DNA of 64,000 nucleotides from the human T2T-CHM13v2.0 reference genome, Homo sapiens: NCBI GenBank assembly GCA_009914755.4, contig CP086569.2, positions 15,360,001 to 15,424,000 of the forward strand, read 5' to 3'. Shown piece by piece: positions 1 to 12,557 of this stretch (position 1 is its first letter; each line of letters starts with the position of its first letter). The notes under the pieces were generated by a model. It saw only the letters and a program-made list of their open reading frames with translations, ran no database searches and was not told where the DNA came from. The position numbers and the translations under genes were made by a program.

Positions 1-1112
1 ATTTGACAAAGGTTAAAACACTTTTTCCCGGAGCTGATATGTGTTGACTTGAGAATCTATGCATGAACCTTGACTTGACCTTGAGGGAGACCTCTGCCCT
101 TCTTTGCTGAGGATACTCCATCATTTTAAAATTTTAAAGACCTAAATGACATGTTACAGAGATTTCAGAATATTTAACTGCTTCTCTTCCATGGTGACTG
201 AAGATGACAATAACATATTAAGAGAAGGTGGGGAAAGATGACAATAATATAAGAGAAGGTATGATTGAAAGGAAATGATATATACTAGGAAAAATGGAAC
301 ACAATTTTATATGTGCATAAATGTACATGTTTTGTGGTCTAGTAAAATAATTACAGGTGTGGAATTGATAAGCTATAGGAAAATTCTGTTTTCACTGAGT
401 TTTAGTGAGTAGGATGCATGCTAGTTTTTGTACCAAATAACTCTGCATCTCACTACAACAAATGTTTCCTTCTCTATACAGAGATGTCCCTGGTCAAATG
501 GTCCTGGGTGGCTTTTCTCTACAGCAGGTATTTTAATGTGTACACGATTCATCAGGTGGTACAGAATCATCAGATTCTGATTCAGCAGCTCTAGGATGAG
601 ATTGGGACTCTGCATTTTAATGTTTTATTTTTTTATTTGTACATATTTATGGGGTACCTAAGAAATTTTATTACAGGTATATAACACATAGGCATCACGT
701 CAGATATTCAGGGTGTTCATCATTCTGCTGCACTACATTTTTGCTGAGTACAGTTACCCTACTCTGTTGCCAAGCTTCAAATTTATTCCTTCTATCTTAC
801 TGTCTATATGTTCTATTTAACCCATGTCTCTTCATCCCCTCTCCTCTCATGCATCCATCTCAGTCTCTGTATCTGCTTTTCCACTCTCTTCTACCATGGG
901 TTCAAATTTTTTAGCTCCTGCATGTAAGTGAAAACATTCATTATTTGTCTTTTTTCGCCTGGCTTATTTCACCTAATAATGACTTCCAGGTAAACCTATG
1001 TTGCTGCCAAGAGACACAATTTCATTCTGTTTTATGGCTCAATAGTATTCCATTGTGTCTATTTTCTTTATCTATTAATCTGTTTGTGAACACTTAGGTT
1101 GATTCCATATGT

Positions 1113-1336
1113 TTGAGCCTCTGCTTCCCAGGCTCAAATGATTCTCCTTCTCCAGCCTCACAAATAGCTGAGACTACAGGTGCAGGCCACCTTGCCTGGA
1201 TAATTTTTTGTATTTGTGATAGAGACAGTGTTTTACGAGTTGGCCAGGATGACCTTGAACTCCTGACCTCAGTGATCTGCCCACCTTGGCTTCCCAAAGT
1301 GCTGGTATCACACATATGAGCCACTGCTCCTGGTCT
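1113..1336 (-). mobile_element. Alu SINE, 3'-truncated, minus orientation
   Basis: Reverse complement matches Alu body (…ggcttcccaaagtgctgg…, …cctgacctcagtgatctgccc…); ORFs 1094-1348 and 1113-1319 are Alu translations. Confidence 0.85.
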
Positions 1337-3337
1337 TTTATTTTTCATTTTTAAATGAAAGCCATTTTGACTTAGGTAAGTTTAGATGAAAAAAATGCTT
1401 AGTATCACTAATCATCATAAAGACTGCATTTTTATGAGCCCTGAGATGATGCTTCATGCTACTGGCTCCTGGACCAGGCTTTGGTGAGACTATGAGCCCA
1501 AAGGCATGGGGCTCTGGTCAAAGTGTCCTTTCCCCCTGTGTCCACAGGAAGAAGAACTGAGGTTGGTAAATACCTATCCAGTTTCTGCCATACATAAATA
1601 TTTAGCTATTACTATGCATATATTTAGGATATTTTGTTTCAGTTTAGATGTGTTAGTGCATTTAGCTTTTAAATGACCTTTTTCCTAATTTGTAAATGTT
1701 TTATATTTCCCATGTTGGTAGTTCAAGGAAAATAGAGTAAAATGTTACTATGCTTATGTTACATCAGCCTGGCAGGAAGTCCCTCCAAGTCCATAAAATT
1801 TTCTAATTTTCAACTATGTAGGAAAAAATATATATGGTAGTCCATTTCTAAGAGAAAGTGCCTTGAATAGGCTTGGGCCCGCAAACTATGGAAGAACAGG
1901 ATACACTACGCCCCTGCTTTAATAGCGGGCGCCTTTTGGTTGGGGATCCCCTTAGTAACCCTCACCCAAACCAAGGATTTTAGTCTAGAATGAAAGTTTA
2001 CTGGCCTGCAAAATAGCTCACTTTATCTATACTTATCAGCTTGCCTGACTATCTGGGTCATAATTCAACTACGTGAGGAGCCCAGAACTGACCATGACTG
2101 CAATGCATTATGGGCTGCACCAAAATGCAGCCAAACAATGCTAAAGAAAACACACCTAAAAGCCCCAAGCCAACAACCAATAGGCAATGTCTGGGAAGTT
2201 TGTGACCCCATGGTACTCAGCCTATGAGGAACCGGAGGAGGGACTTGAGTACTAAGGGATAAATTGCTTGTTGTAAATGTACGGACTGTGGCTGCCTACC
2301 AGATACCTGATCCTGCAAGGGGGTCATTAAAAGTCTCACTTCCACTGTTCTTGTCTCTGAGTCCATTTCCTGGGTTTGGATGGGTGAGTGTATTTCTCAC
2401 AACCATGGCCAGAAAAATTTTTCTAGAAAGTCCATGTTTCATCCCAGTGTGAAGAACTAGGTACTTAGGTGCATAGGATGCAAAAGAAATAAGCCCAGTG
2501 AATTTGAATGGCCACATGAAAAAAGTGTCTTAATCCATTTTGTATGACTGCCTAAACATGATTATATTTTCTAAAATGTAAAAATTAAATATGGATGGTC
2601 TCAAAAGAAAGTAGCTTACATCTAAATTTATTTAAATAAATTTTAAGGAATTTACATTGTATTTTCCTATGAAGGCAACAAAGCATTTGATTAAAATTTT
2701 GTCTATCTTGCTATCTGCTATTTTATGCAATTACTATCCCCTTGGATAGTTCCCTTTTATTATTCCTTAAAGGAAAACTGCAAAGATAATACATGGATAA
2801 AGCTGAATAACTAGGCAGTTTTACAACTCTTGCACTTTGACAAAATTTTGAGTCAGAAACAAAAGTTGAGTTTTGAGAGAAAAATGTTAAATTGTACACC
2901 CAGTGCTGATCACTACTTGGGAGGATATATAGAAAAACACATTCTTTTGGTAAATGGAAGGTTTCTGAATTGTTGACCCCATCACAGATTCCTATACTTC
3001 TTTGATACATTTATCATAATATAGAAACCACACGGTCCTCAATGGCTGACCAGAGTATACTATTTCTGCATCTACATGAGGTTATTATGGAATGTGGTCT
3101 AAATCAAATGGGAAGAGAAGTCATACCACACAGGAGAATTCAATAGCCACTAACCTTGGCATCAATCTCCATATCGCATGAAGACACTGTTTCTGGAGCA
3201 AAGACTGAATTTCTGTAGAAACTCAGCCTTGTGGGAGAAAGTGCATAGGCACTGAAAAGGCAAAATATACTTCTTATATTCTGAGATATATAGATAAATA
3301 GACACAGGAATATCATTTAAAAGTCCATAGAACTGTC

Positions 3338-3630
3338 CAGGCACAGTGTCTCATGCCTGTAATCCTAACACTTTGGGAGGACAAGGTGGGTGCATCACAA
3401 GGTCAGGAGTTCAAGACAAGCCTGGCCAAAATAGTGAAACCCCATCTCTACTAAACATACAGAAAATGAGCCGGGTGTGGTGGTGAGCACCTGTAATCCT
3501 AGTTATTCAGTAGCCCCAGGCAGGAGAATCACTTGAACCCAGGAGGCGGAGGTTGCAGTGTGTCGAGATCACATCATTGCACTCCAGCCTTGGCAATAGG
3601 GTGAGACTTTAACCTAAAAAAAAAAAAAAA
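3338..3630 (+). mobile_element. Alu SINE (AluS-like) with poly-A tail
   Basis: ggcacagtgtctcatgcctgtaatcc…gcactccagcc…; A15 tail at 3615-3630. Confidence 0.9.
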
Positions 3631-3782
3631 ATTCTATAGAACTATAGCAGACCCATTTTCCCTTCTTGTAGAAGTGTTCTCTTAAGGAACCTAACGATGC
3701 AATTGTGAAGGGGGCGGGTGTTTTACGGAACGTTTATGAAAAGGCAAATGTCAAACTAATTTAACAAAAAATAAACTTAAAA

Positions 3783-4080
3783 ACCAGGCACAGTGCATAC
3801 ACTGGTCGTCCCAGCACTTTGGGAAGCCAAGAGAGGTAGATTGCTTGAGCCCAAGAGTTTGAGACCAGACTGGGCAACATAGCAAAACTCTTGCTCTCAA
3901 AAAAAATTTTTTTTTTAAATAAGCCAGGTATTTTGGCATGTTCCTGTGGTCCCTGTTACTCTACAAGCTGAGGCAAGAGAATCGCTTCAGCTCGGGAGGT
4001 CAAGGCTGCAATAAGCTATGATCACAGCACTGTACTCTAGCCTGGGCAACAGAGAAATACTCTGCCTCTAAAAAAGAAGA
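3783..4080 (+). mobile_element. Alu SINE (older, AluJ/S-like)
   Basis: ccaggcacagtg…cccagcactttgggaagccaag… dimeric structure with internal A-rich linker. Confidence 0.85.
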
Positions 4081-4421
4081 ATAAATTTAAGGAGAGAGTG
4101 GACAGATTGAACTTACCTGAAGTAAGCATCTTTGACTATTCAGAAATAAAATGTTTCCAAACAAAATTGAGTTTCAAAATGTGGCTATCATGATAAAGAA
4201 AAAATAAAAATTATTTCCCTGCTACTATATATATCTTAAAGAGGAGGATTTTTATTTCTTGGTAGTACTTTTTACTGAAAAGGTGAAAATGAAGCAAATG
4301 TTGCTGGTACAAAGAATTAAAGATAGCTCATGTCATTCCATCTCCCATGAAGAAAATAAACAGGAATAATGCTAAAAATGAGAGGGAAATGCTGCTGTTT
4401 TTTAATCCACAGGAAAGTGTC

Positions 4422-4786
4422 TGATATGGGTTGGGTGTGTCCCCACCCAAATCTCATCTTGAACTGTAGCTCCTATAATCCCCATGTGTTGTGGGAGGGA
4501 CCCAGTGACAAGTAATTGAATAATGGGGCGGGTTTTTCCTGTGCTGTTCTTGTGATAGCGAATAAGCCTCATGAGATCTGATGGTTTTATAAACGGCAGT
4601 TCCCCTGCACATGCAAACTTGCCTGCCACCATGTAAGACATATATTTTCTCCTCCTTCACCTTCCATAATGATTGTGAGGCCTCCTCAGCCACATGCAAC
4701 TATGAGTCCATTAAACCTCCTTTTCTTAGTAAATTACCCAGCCTTGGGTATTTCTTCATAGCAGTATGGAAATGGATGAATACAGT
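4422..4786 (+). mobile_element. THE1/MST-type MaLR solo LTR
   Basis: tgatatgggttgggtgtgtccccacccaaatctcatcttgaactgtagctcc…gtgttgtgggagggacccagtg…ctgccaccatgtaagac…; matches THE1 consensus start and end (…aatacag). Confidence 0.8.
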
Positions 4787-5829
4787 GTCACATCACAGAA
4801 AATCACTTAAATTCCATTCTTTACTTGGATTTATTTCACTTTATCTTTGTACAAATAGACACAGTAAATTTTACTCTCTTCAAGCCCCAGTAATTTACAA
4901 GTAGGAGAGTACAGTATGAATAGTATGAGTGTGCTTTTAAATAAGATGGGCAGCCATTTCTCTTTTACACAATACATTCCTAAAAATCAACAATAAAGTT
5001 GAATATGAGAAAATCAAATAATAACTTACCCACTAACAAGAGTACTTTAAGTCCATAAAACAAAAATTCATACTAAACTATCCCTTTCAGAAAAAGAAAT
5101 CATTGATGACACTATGGCAGCATTTCATACTTGCTGTTTAGTTTTGTTATTTTTCTTTAGAACAGCAGTGGTGGGCTTAAGCCCAATAAGGTAGAGATTC
5201 TACCTTATTTTATTATCAATAATAAATTTTATTGATAATAATATAAGGTAAATATTCTACATTTTTCATCTCACTGAAGGATTTTTCACTTTTTTTTCAA
5301 TCTCATTGACTTTTTGACACATATTACATATTTCAGTTGTAGCATGCTGGGTGTTCCATTTCCTAACCCTTAAGAAATAAAATTATAGAAGAAAAATCAG
5401 TAAGATATTCAAAGAACCTTCTTAGCATCACTGTACAAAGAAGAAGAGTCAATCTAAAAGTTACCATTCACTAGCAGAGAATAGTATTCAACAGAAGCCT
5501 ATGGTTCTCCATGATCAGATGTCACAGGAAAGCAGAATTTTGCACATTCACAAATAAGTATAGATATAAATATATACAACCACAATGATAGATACATGTG
5601 TGGATATCTAAATCCTTATATGTACAATACATACATGTGTGGATATCTACATAGTTATATAACCATGCTGAGAGCTTGGAAATTCAGTTGAAGGCCAGAT
5701 GGTGGACGAATTGAAACTCAAGCTTGGGAGATTGTCTGTGAGAGCATTGTCTTGAGCATAGCCAGAGATTCTGGAAGATAGTGAGCCAAAGTCATGATGA
5801 TATCCTGGAATCCTGCAGACTGTGGCTTG

Positions 5830-6010
5830 GCCACCTTTCACCTGTGTGGACTGGGAATCTTTCGATCCTCACTGGCCCTCAGTCTTATAATCTGTAAAGT
5901 GAAAATGATAGGACTGTTGTAAAAATTAAATGTGAGTTCTATGTGAGGTCTCTTTAACATGGCAGGCATCCATTAGTGTAGGCTTATCATGATTATTGCT
6001 GAGACACATT
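5830..6010 (+). mobile_element. MIR-like SINE fragment (tentative)
   Basis: ctgtaaagtgaaaatgataggactgttgtaaaaattaaatgtgag…catggcaggcatc resembles MIR core. Confidence 0.35.
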
Positions 6011-6464
6011 CCTTGAGAGCATCCCTCACTGGGAGATGTGTAGAACAATGAAGTAGGTAAACGTGTGGAGAATGGTAGCGGTGAGGGTATGTAGGAGTTA
6101 GATGTGCCAAGAAATCTAGAAATTAACCAGGATTGGAGATTCTGTAACACGAGTCCAAGGAAAGAGACTCAAGCCAAAACAAACCTGACAAAAAAATTTT
6201 GGTAAAGTCTCAATTACTTAATATCAATTTTTAGAAAAATATTTATATTTTAGGAGAACCACTGGACATAGTAATGGCATAATCAAAGGAATTAAATAAA
6301 ATGTTTAAGGTAATAGACATTTCAGTCATTTGTATAGCTAAAACAATAACTTTATCATTACATCATCATTATTATCATCATCACATGAGGTAGGATGTAT
6401 CTATCATTATGGAAAGCCTAGGAATGTTTATCTATTGATTTGGGGGGATAATTATTAATATCGT

Positions 6465-6823
6465 TGATGTGCTTTGGCTGTTTCCTCACCCAAATCTCAT
6501 CTTGAATTGTAGCTGCCTTAATTCTCATGTGTTGTGGGAGGGACTGGTGGTAGATAATTCAATCGTGGGGGCAGTTTCCCCCATACTGTTCTTGTGGTAG
6601 TGAATAAGTTTCACCAGATCTGATGGTTTTATAAGGGGTTTCCCCTTTCACTTGGTTCTTATTCTCTGTTGCCCGCTGCCATTGAAGACATGCTTTTCAC
6701 CTTCTACCATGATTGTGATGCCTCCCCAGCCATGTGGAACAGTGAGTCCATTTAATATCTTTTTCTTTATAAATTATTCAGTTTCATGCTGCTGGTCAGA
6801 AGCGTGAAAATGAACTAATACAA
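6465..6823 (+). mobile_element. THE1/MST-type MaLR solo LTR (second copy)
   Basis: tgatgtgctttggctgtttcctcacccaaatctcatcttgaattgtagc…gtgttgtgggagggactggtgg…gaactaatacaa. Confidence 0.8.
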
Positions 6824-6935
6824 TCTTCAATACAATTCTTAACATGGAAGAAGGAACTGCATCTTTATCAGTATCATAAAAATGAACTAATGCAATATTT
6901 AACATGGCAAAAGGAACTGGTCATCTGTTCTGTCT
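6808..6935. repeat. Local tandem duplication (~60 bp unit x2) at the 3' end of the THE1 LTR
   Basis: aaaatgaactaatacaat…taacatggaagaaggaactg repeated as aaaatgaactaatgcaat…taacatggcaaaaggaactg. Confidence 0.6.
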
Positions 6936-7664
6936 GTAAACAATCCTGTACCTTCATCACAGAAACTTGCAATATTTAACCACCTCTTCATTCTTCAAGA
7001 ATGATATTAAATGTTCCTTCTACTGTGCAAATTTCCTATTCCTCCAATATTTTCTATTATTGTTAATTTTCTGCTGTGTATACATGTCAGATACTGATCA
7101 TGGTTTGTAATGTCCTATTGTCTGATAAATTGCTGGCCAACTCTTGGGCTGGACAGACTTTAAAATTACTCCCAGTGATCTGCACTTTCTAGCGTGTACT
7201 TTCTTTTATAGGCCTCTTCCACTGAATGTACCCAGGACCATGGGATATAAACGCTACATTTACTTTATGCTGCATAAAACTCCATCTTGCTAGTCTACTC
7301 TCATTAGAGACTTTCTCTCCCAGGGACATTGAAGAAGCCAGTGTTCATGTGAGCTGAGGACAGTCCATAAGAGTGGAGGGTGTCCCTCCTAAGACTAAAC
7401 CAGGAAAAAGCTGAATCCCTGAATAGACCAATAACGAGTTCTGAAATGGAGGCAGTAGTTAATAGCCTACCAACCAGAAACACAAACAAACCAACAAACA
7501 AAAAAACCCACAGGACCAGACAGACTCAGAGCTAAATTCTACCAGAGGTACAAAGAGGAGCTGGTACCATTCCTTCTGAAATGATTCCAAACAATAGAAA
7601 AACAGGGACTCCTCCATAACTCATTTTATGAGATCAGCATCATCCTGATAACAAAACCTTGCAG

Positions 7665-7667
<3 letters not shown>

Positions 7668-7697
<30 letters not shown>
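7668..7697. repeat. (CA)n microsatellite inside the L1
   Basis: acacacacacacacacacacacacacaaa. Confidence 0.9.
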
Positions 7698-7842
7698 TTC
7701 AGGCCAATATCCCTGATGAATATCAATGTGAAATGCTCAATAAAATACTAACAAGCCAAATCCAGCAGCACATCAAAAAGTTTATCCACCAAGATGAAGC
7801 TGGATTCATCCCTGAGATGCAAGGCTGGTTCAATATACACAG

Positions 7843-9427
7843 ATGAATAAACATAATCCATCACATTACAGAACCAATGACAAAAGCCACATGAGTATCT
7901 CAATAGATGCAGAAAAGGCCTTCGATAGAATTCAACACACATTCATGCTAAAAATATGCAATAAACTAGGTATTGATGGAACATATCTCAAAATAATAAG
8001 AGCTATTTATGACAAACCCACAGCCAGTATCATACTAAATGGGTAAATGCTAGTAGCATTCCCTTTGAAAACTGGCACAAGACAAGGATCTCCTCTCTCA
8101 ACACTCCTATTCAACATAGCATTGGAAGTTCTAGCCAGGGCAATCAGGCAAGAGCAAGAAATAAAGGGTATTCAAATAGGAAGAGAGGAAGTCAAATTGT
8201 CTCTGTTTCCAGATGACATAATTGTATGTTTAGAAAACGCCATCATCTCAGCCCTAAATTTCCTTGAGCTGATAAGCAACTTCAGCAAAGTCTCAGGGTA
8301 CAAAATCAATGTGCAAAAATCACAAGCATTCCTATACACAAATAATAGACAAACAGAGGGCCAAATCATGAGCAAACTCCCATTCACAATTGCTACAAAA
8401 AAAAAATACCTAGGAATACAACTTACAAGGGATGTGAAGGACCTCTTCAAGGAGAAATACAAACCACTGCTTAAGGAAATGAAAGAGTTCACAAACAAAT
8501 GGAAAAACATTCCATGCTCATGGACAGGAAGAATGAATGTCATGAAAAGGGACACACTGCCCAAATCAATTTATAGAATCAATTGTATCCCCATCAAACT
8601 ACCGTTAACTTTCTTTACAGAATCAGAAAAAACTACCTTAAATTTCTTATAGAACCAAAAAAGAGACTGTATAGCAGACAATCCTAAGCAAAAAGAACAA
8701 AGCTGGAGGCATCACGATACCTGACTTCAAACTATACTACAAGCCTACAGTAACCAAATCAGCAAGGTACTGGTACCAAAACAGGTATATAGACCACTGG
8801 AACAGAACAGAGGACTAAGAAATGACGTTACATATCTACACCCACTTGATCTTTGACAAAAGTGACAAAAACCATCAATAGGGGAATGATTCCCTATTTA
8901 ATAAATGGTGTTGGGAAAACTGGCTAGTCATATGCAGAAAATATAAACTGGACCCCTTCCATACACCTTATACTAAAATTAACTCAAGATGGATTAAAGA
9001 CTTAAATGTAAAACCTAAAACCATAAAAACCCTAGAAGAAAACCTAGGCAATACCATCCAGGACATAGCAATGGGCAAAGTCTTCACGACTAAAACATCA
9101 AAAGCATTGGCAACAAAAGCCAAAATTGGCACATGGGATCTAATTACACTAAGGAGCTTCTGCACAGCAAAAGAAACTATCATTGGACAGAACAGGCAAC
9201 CTACAGAATGGGAGAAAACTTTTGCAATCTATCCATCTGACAAATGGCTAACATCGAGAATCTACAAAGAACTTAAATGTACAAGAAAAAACAAACAATC
9301 CCATCAAGAAGTGCACAAAGGATACAAACAGAGACTTCATAAAAGAAGACACTTATGCTGCCAACAAACATATGAAGAAAAAGCTCATCATCACTGGTCA
9401 TTAGAGCAATGCAAATCAAAACCATAA
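7843..9427 (+). pseudogene. L1 ORF2 (endonuclease/reverse transcriptase) remnant broken by stops and frameshifts
   Basis: ORFs 7843-8046, 8047-8652 (201 aa) and 9071-9427 are consecutive L1 ORF2 pieces in different frames. Confidence 0.9.
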
Positions 9428-11149
9428 TGAGATACCATCTCACACCAGTTAGAATAGTGATCATTAAAAAGTCAGGAAACACCAGATGCTGGAGAGGATG
9501 TGGAGAAATAGGAACACTTTTACACAGTTGGTAGAAGTGTAAATTAGTTCAACCATTGTGGAAGACAGTGTGGTGATTCCTCAACAATCTAGAACCAGAA
9601 ATATCATTTGACTCAGCAATCCCATTACTTGGTATATACCCAAAGGATTATAAATCATTCTACTATAAAGACACATGAACACATATGTTTATTGCAGCAC
9701 TGTTCACAATAGCAAAGACTTGGAACTAACCCAAATGCCCATCAATGATAGATTGGAGAAAGAAAATGTAGCACATATACACGATGGAATACTATGCAGC
9801 CATAAAATGAGATTCTTTGCAGGGACATGGATGAAGCTGCAAACTATCATTCTCAGCAAACTAACACAGGAACAGAAAACCAGACACCACATGTTCTTGC
9901 TCATAAGTGGGAATTGAACAATGAAAACACATGGACACAGGGAGGGGAACATCACACACTGGGGCCTGTCAGGGGGTGCTGGGCCACAGGAGGGATAGCA
10001 TTAGGAGAAATACCTAATGTATATGACAGGTTGATGGGTGCAGCAAACCACCATGGTACATGTATATCTGTGTAACAAAACTGCACGTTCTACACATGTA
10101 TCTCAGAACTTAAAGTATAATTTAAAAAAAAGAAAAAAAAAAGAGTGGAAGGTGTCCCCTAGCCCATAACCAGCAAGAAGCTGGGCTCTGAGTTCTGCAT
10201 CCACAAGGAAACTAAATCTGACAACAGCATGCCTGAGGTTGGGAGTGAATTCTTCCCAAGTCCAACCTCCAGATGAGAACTCAGCTTAACACTTTGAAGA
10301 AAGTCTTTATAGACTCTAAGAAGAAGACTTGGCTAGGGTTTTCCTGAATTCATGACCCACAGAACCTGTGAGATCATAGATACATATTGTCCTAAGTTTG
10401 GGGTACATCACCATTTCTATCTAGGCAGAAAGAGGATGCACATTACTGACCACTTTATGTCCAGTTCAGTGTAGGACACTAAACACTAGAGATCTTAATA
10501 AAGATATCTTGGAGATAGATGACTGGATAAATGATCTTAATAAAGAAAGAAAGGAGAAAGTAATGAATTGGAAATGAATGGCATTGAGTTCTTGCAAAGA
10601 TTTACTCAGTCTCATTGCTGAGTTTTTGTGATGCTGGTAGAAACTCTGCAGCTAAGACAATTGTCTGCAGCTAAGACAACTCATATTGAGTCAATAGACA
10701 TAACTATATGAGTAAAACCTTCAGAGATGGATGCAAAAGGGAAAGTCCTGCTGTTTACCAACTACTGATACTGCCAAAACTTTAAACTTCCTTTTATTTT
10801 ATTCTTTTTAATTTGAATGGGGAGGATAGTAAAGCCTCACATAGAATAAATTAACAAACAACTTCAATGGAAAGATAGGTCTGTAAGCTTTTAAGAATGT
10901 TCTCCATATTCCAAGCCATGATCAATATGATTTGACTTCTACTGTTTCTTTCCAGAAATATCAAGGGACATTATTACTCAGCTGCAGCAAACTCTCAATT
11001 ATGACTCTCCCTAATACCACATTAATCTTGTCTATTTAATTCCATATATGTTGTTTCCCTGATTATCATTTTTATTACACTTATGGAGAGAGGCAACAAA
11101 TATTAAGCTCCTTAACGCAACAGGGGTTTTGGTAAAAGGTGAGATTTCT

Positions 11150-11290
11150 CTGTTTCTCTATTTCTATGGCTAGCAGTCCTTCAGATTGCTAGGTACAGTG
11201 TTTTGCCCATAGGATAGATACATTCATTCAATCATTCATTCAATAAACATACAGTGAGGACAACATTTGTGCCAAGCATGTGTAATAAAC
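11150..11290 (+). mobile_element. MIR-like SINE fragment (tentative)
   Basis: …cattcattcaatcattcattcaataaacatacagtgagg…tgtgccaagcatgtg resembles the MIR 3' core (cattcattcaacaaatatttattgagcacctactatgtgccaggcact). Confidence 0.4.
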
Positions 11291-11639
11291 TTTTTAAAAA
11301 TAGAAAAAAAAAAAGAATATGACTTCAGAGACCTTTTCGTTCTTCTGAAATCCAAGATTAGGCTTTGAGATCTTTTAGTTGTATTAGTAACACAATGCTA
11401 CAGCAGAACTGAAGAAGATCACAACAGGAGTGGCCAGGGTGCTGTTTTAATTGAAACACTATTTGCATTTGTAAAATGAACAATACTTCAATAGACAAAA
11501 CTTTATCTTCCTATACCTGCAAGAATATTCACACAAGGATATTTTGCATATTCTCACAGATTTAGCCCTGAATCACTATGGCCAAGTTTTTCATTGATAT
11601 TCAATGACTTTTCATATTAACATCACTTTGGAATATATG

Positions 11640-11785
11640 CTCTTAAAAATGATACCTCTAAGAGATTTTGTGTTTTCATGATTAGTACATGGCCATGATT
11701 AGTTTTTCATGATTAGTGAAAAACTAATTTCATGACTAGTTTTTTATGATTAGTGTTTTAATGATTAGTACATGGCTAATTTCAT
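11640..11785. repeat. Short degenerate tandem repeat, unit ~ (t)tcatgattagt x6-7
   Basis: catgattagtacatggccatgattagtttttcatgattagtgaaaaactaatttcatgactagttttttatgattagtgttttaatgattagtacatggc. Confidence 0.7.
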
Positions 11786-12156
11786 CTAACCCCTTATACT
11801 AAAATTTTGATGAATGCTGTGAAAATGGATCAATTAATTCAATTGATGTCATGCTTTGCTTAAGAAAGAGAATGAAAGTAATTCATATTTTATGAATGAA
11901 AGGGAGCAGAGTCTTGCAATCTATGAATTTACATAAGAAAACACTCTTAATACAGATGATAGTTGTTCTAAACTTGAAAACCTATGGAAAAGCCTTTGTA
12001 ACTCTAAGTCATTAGAAAGACAGATTTCCAGCCTTGAACATGTTCGTATTTCTTTCCATTTTTGGTTTCTATCAACTAAATCAATTGCATTCGGTTATTT
12101 AACTTCAATAATAAGTAAATCTGAACAAATATTGCCATAATAAATCAGTCATCCAG

Positions 12157-12557
12157 TGTCAGGCCTCTGAGCCCAAGCTAAGCCATCACATTCCCTGTGA
12201 CCTGCATCTATGCATCCAGAAGGCCTTAAGTAACTGAAGAAACACAAGATAAATGAAAATGGCCTGTTCCTGCCTTAACTGCTGACACTACTTTGTGAAA
12301 TTCCTTTTCCTGGCTCATCCTGTCTCAAAAGTTCCCCTACTGAGCCCCTTGTGACCCCCGCCTCTGCCCGCCAGAGAACAACCGCCTTTGACAGTAATTT
12401 TCCACTACCCATCCAAATCTTATAAAATGACCCCACCCCTGTCTCTCTTTGCTGACTCTCTTTTCAGACTCAGCCTGCCTGCCCCCAGGTGAAATAAACA
12501 GCCTTGTTGCTCACATAAAGCCTGTTTGGTGGTCTCTTCACATGGACATGAGTGAAA
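12157..12557 (+). mobile_element. Solo LTR7-family LTR (HERV-H LTR)
   Basis: tgtcaggcctctgagcccaagctaagccatca…cccctgtgacctgca…gaaaatggcctgttcctgccttaactg…agactcagcctgcctgcccccaggtgaaataaacagccttgttgctcacataaagcctgtttggtggtctcttcacatggac; aataaa polyA signal present. Confidence 0.75.

Larger units (their letters stand above)
7375..10140 (+). mobile_element. L1 LINE (L1PA-like), 5'-truncated. Spans mid-ORF2 (RT domain) to the 3' UTR and A-rich tail
   Basis: Colinear with L1 ORF2 protein …[15 protein letters not shown]…[14 protein letters not shown]…[12 protein letters not shown]…FADD-like…[16 protein letters not shown]…HMKKCSSSLAIREMQIK…; 3' UTR …gatgggtgcagcaaaccaccatggtacatgta…cagaacttaaagtataat + A-rich tail. 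Confidence 0.92.

Noticed and set aside
5175-5260. Apparent palindrome ttattatcaataataaattttattgataataata
   Set aside because: The arms are not exact reverse complements (tttattattgata vs tttattgataata). It is an AT-rich near-symmetry of the kind expected by chance in 75% A+T sequence.
8047-8652. 201-aa ORF (largest clean ORF in the first 10 kb)
   Set aside because: It is a piece of L1 ORF2 reverse transcriptase inside a 5'-truncated, stop-ridden L1; not a cellular gene.
10150-10330. Possible additional MaLR/MER fragment just after the L1 tail (…cctccagatgagaactcagc…)
   Set aside because: Only a ~20-bp motif is shared with the MaLR 3' fragment at 24850; too short and diverged to call.
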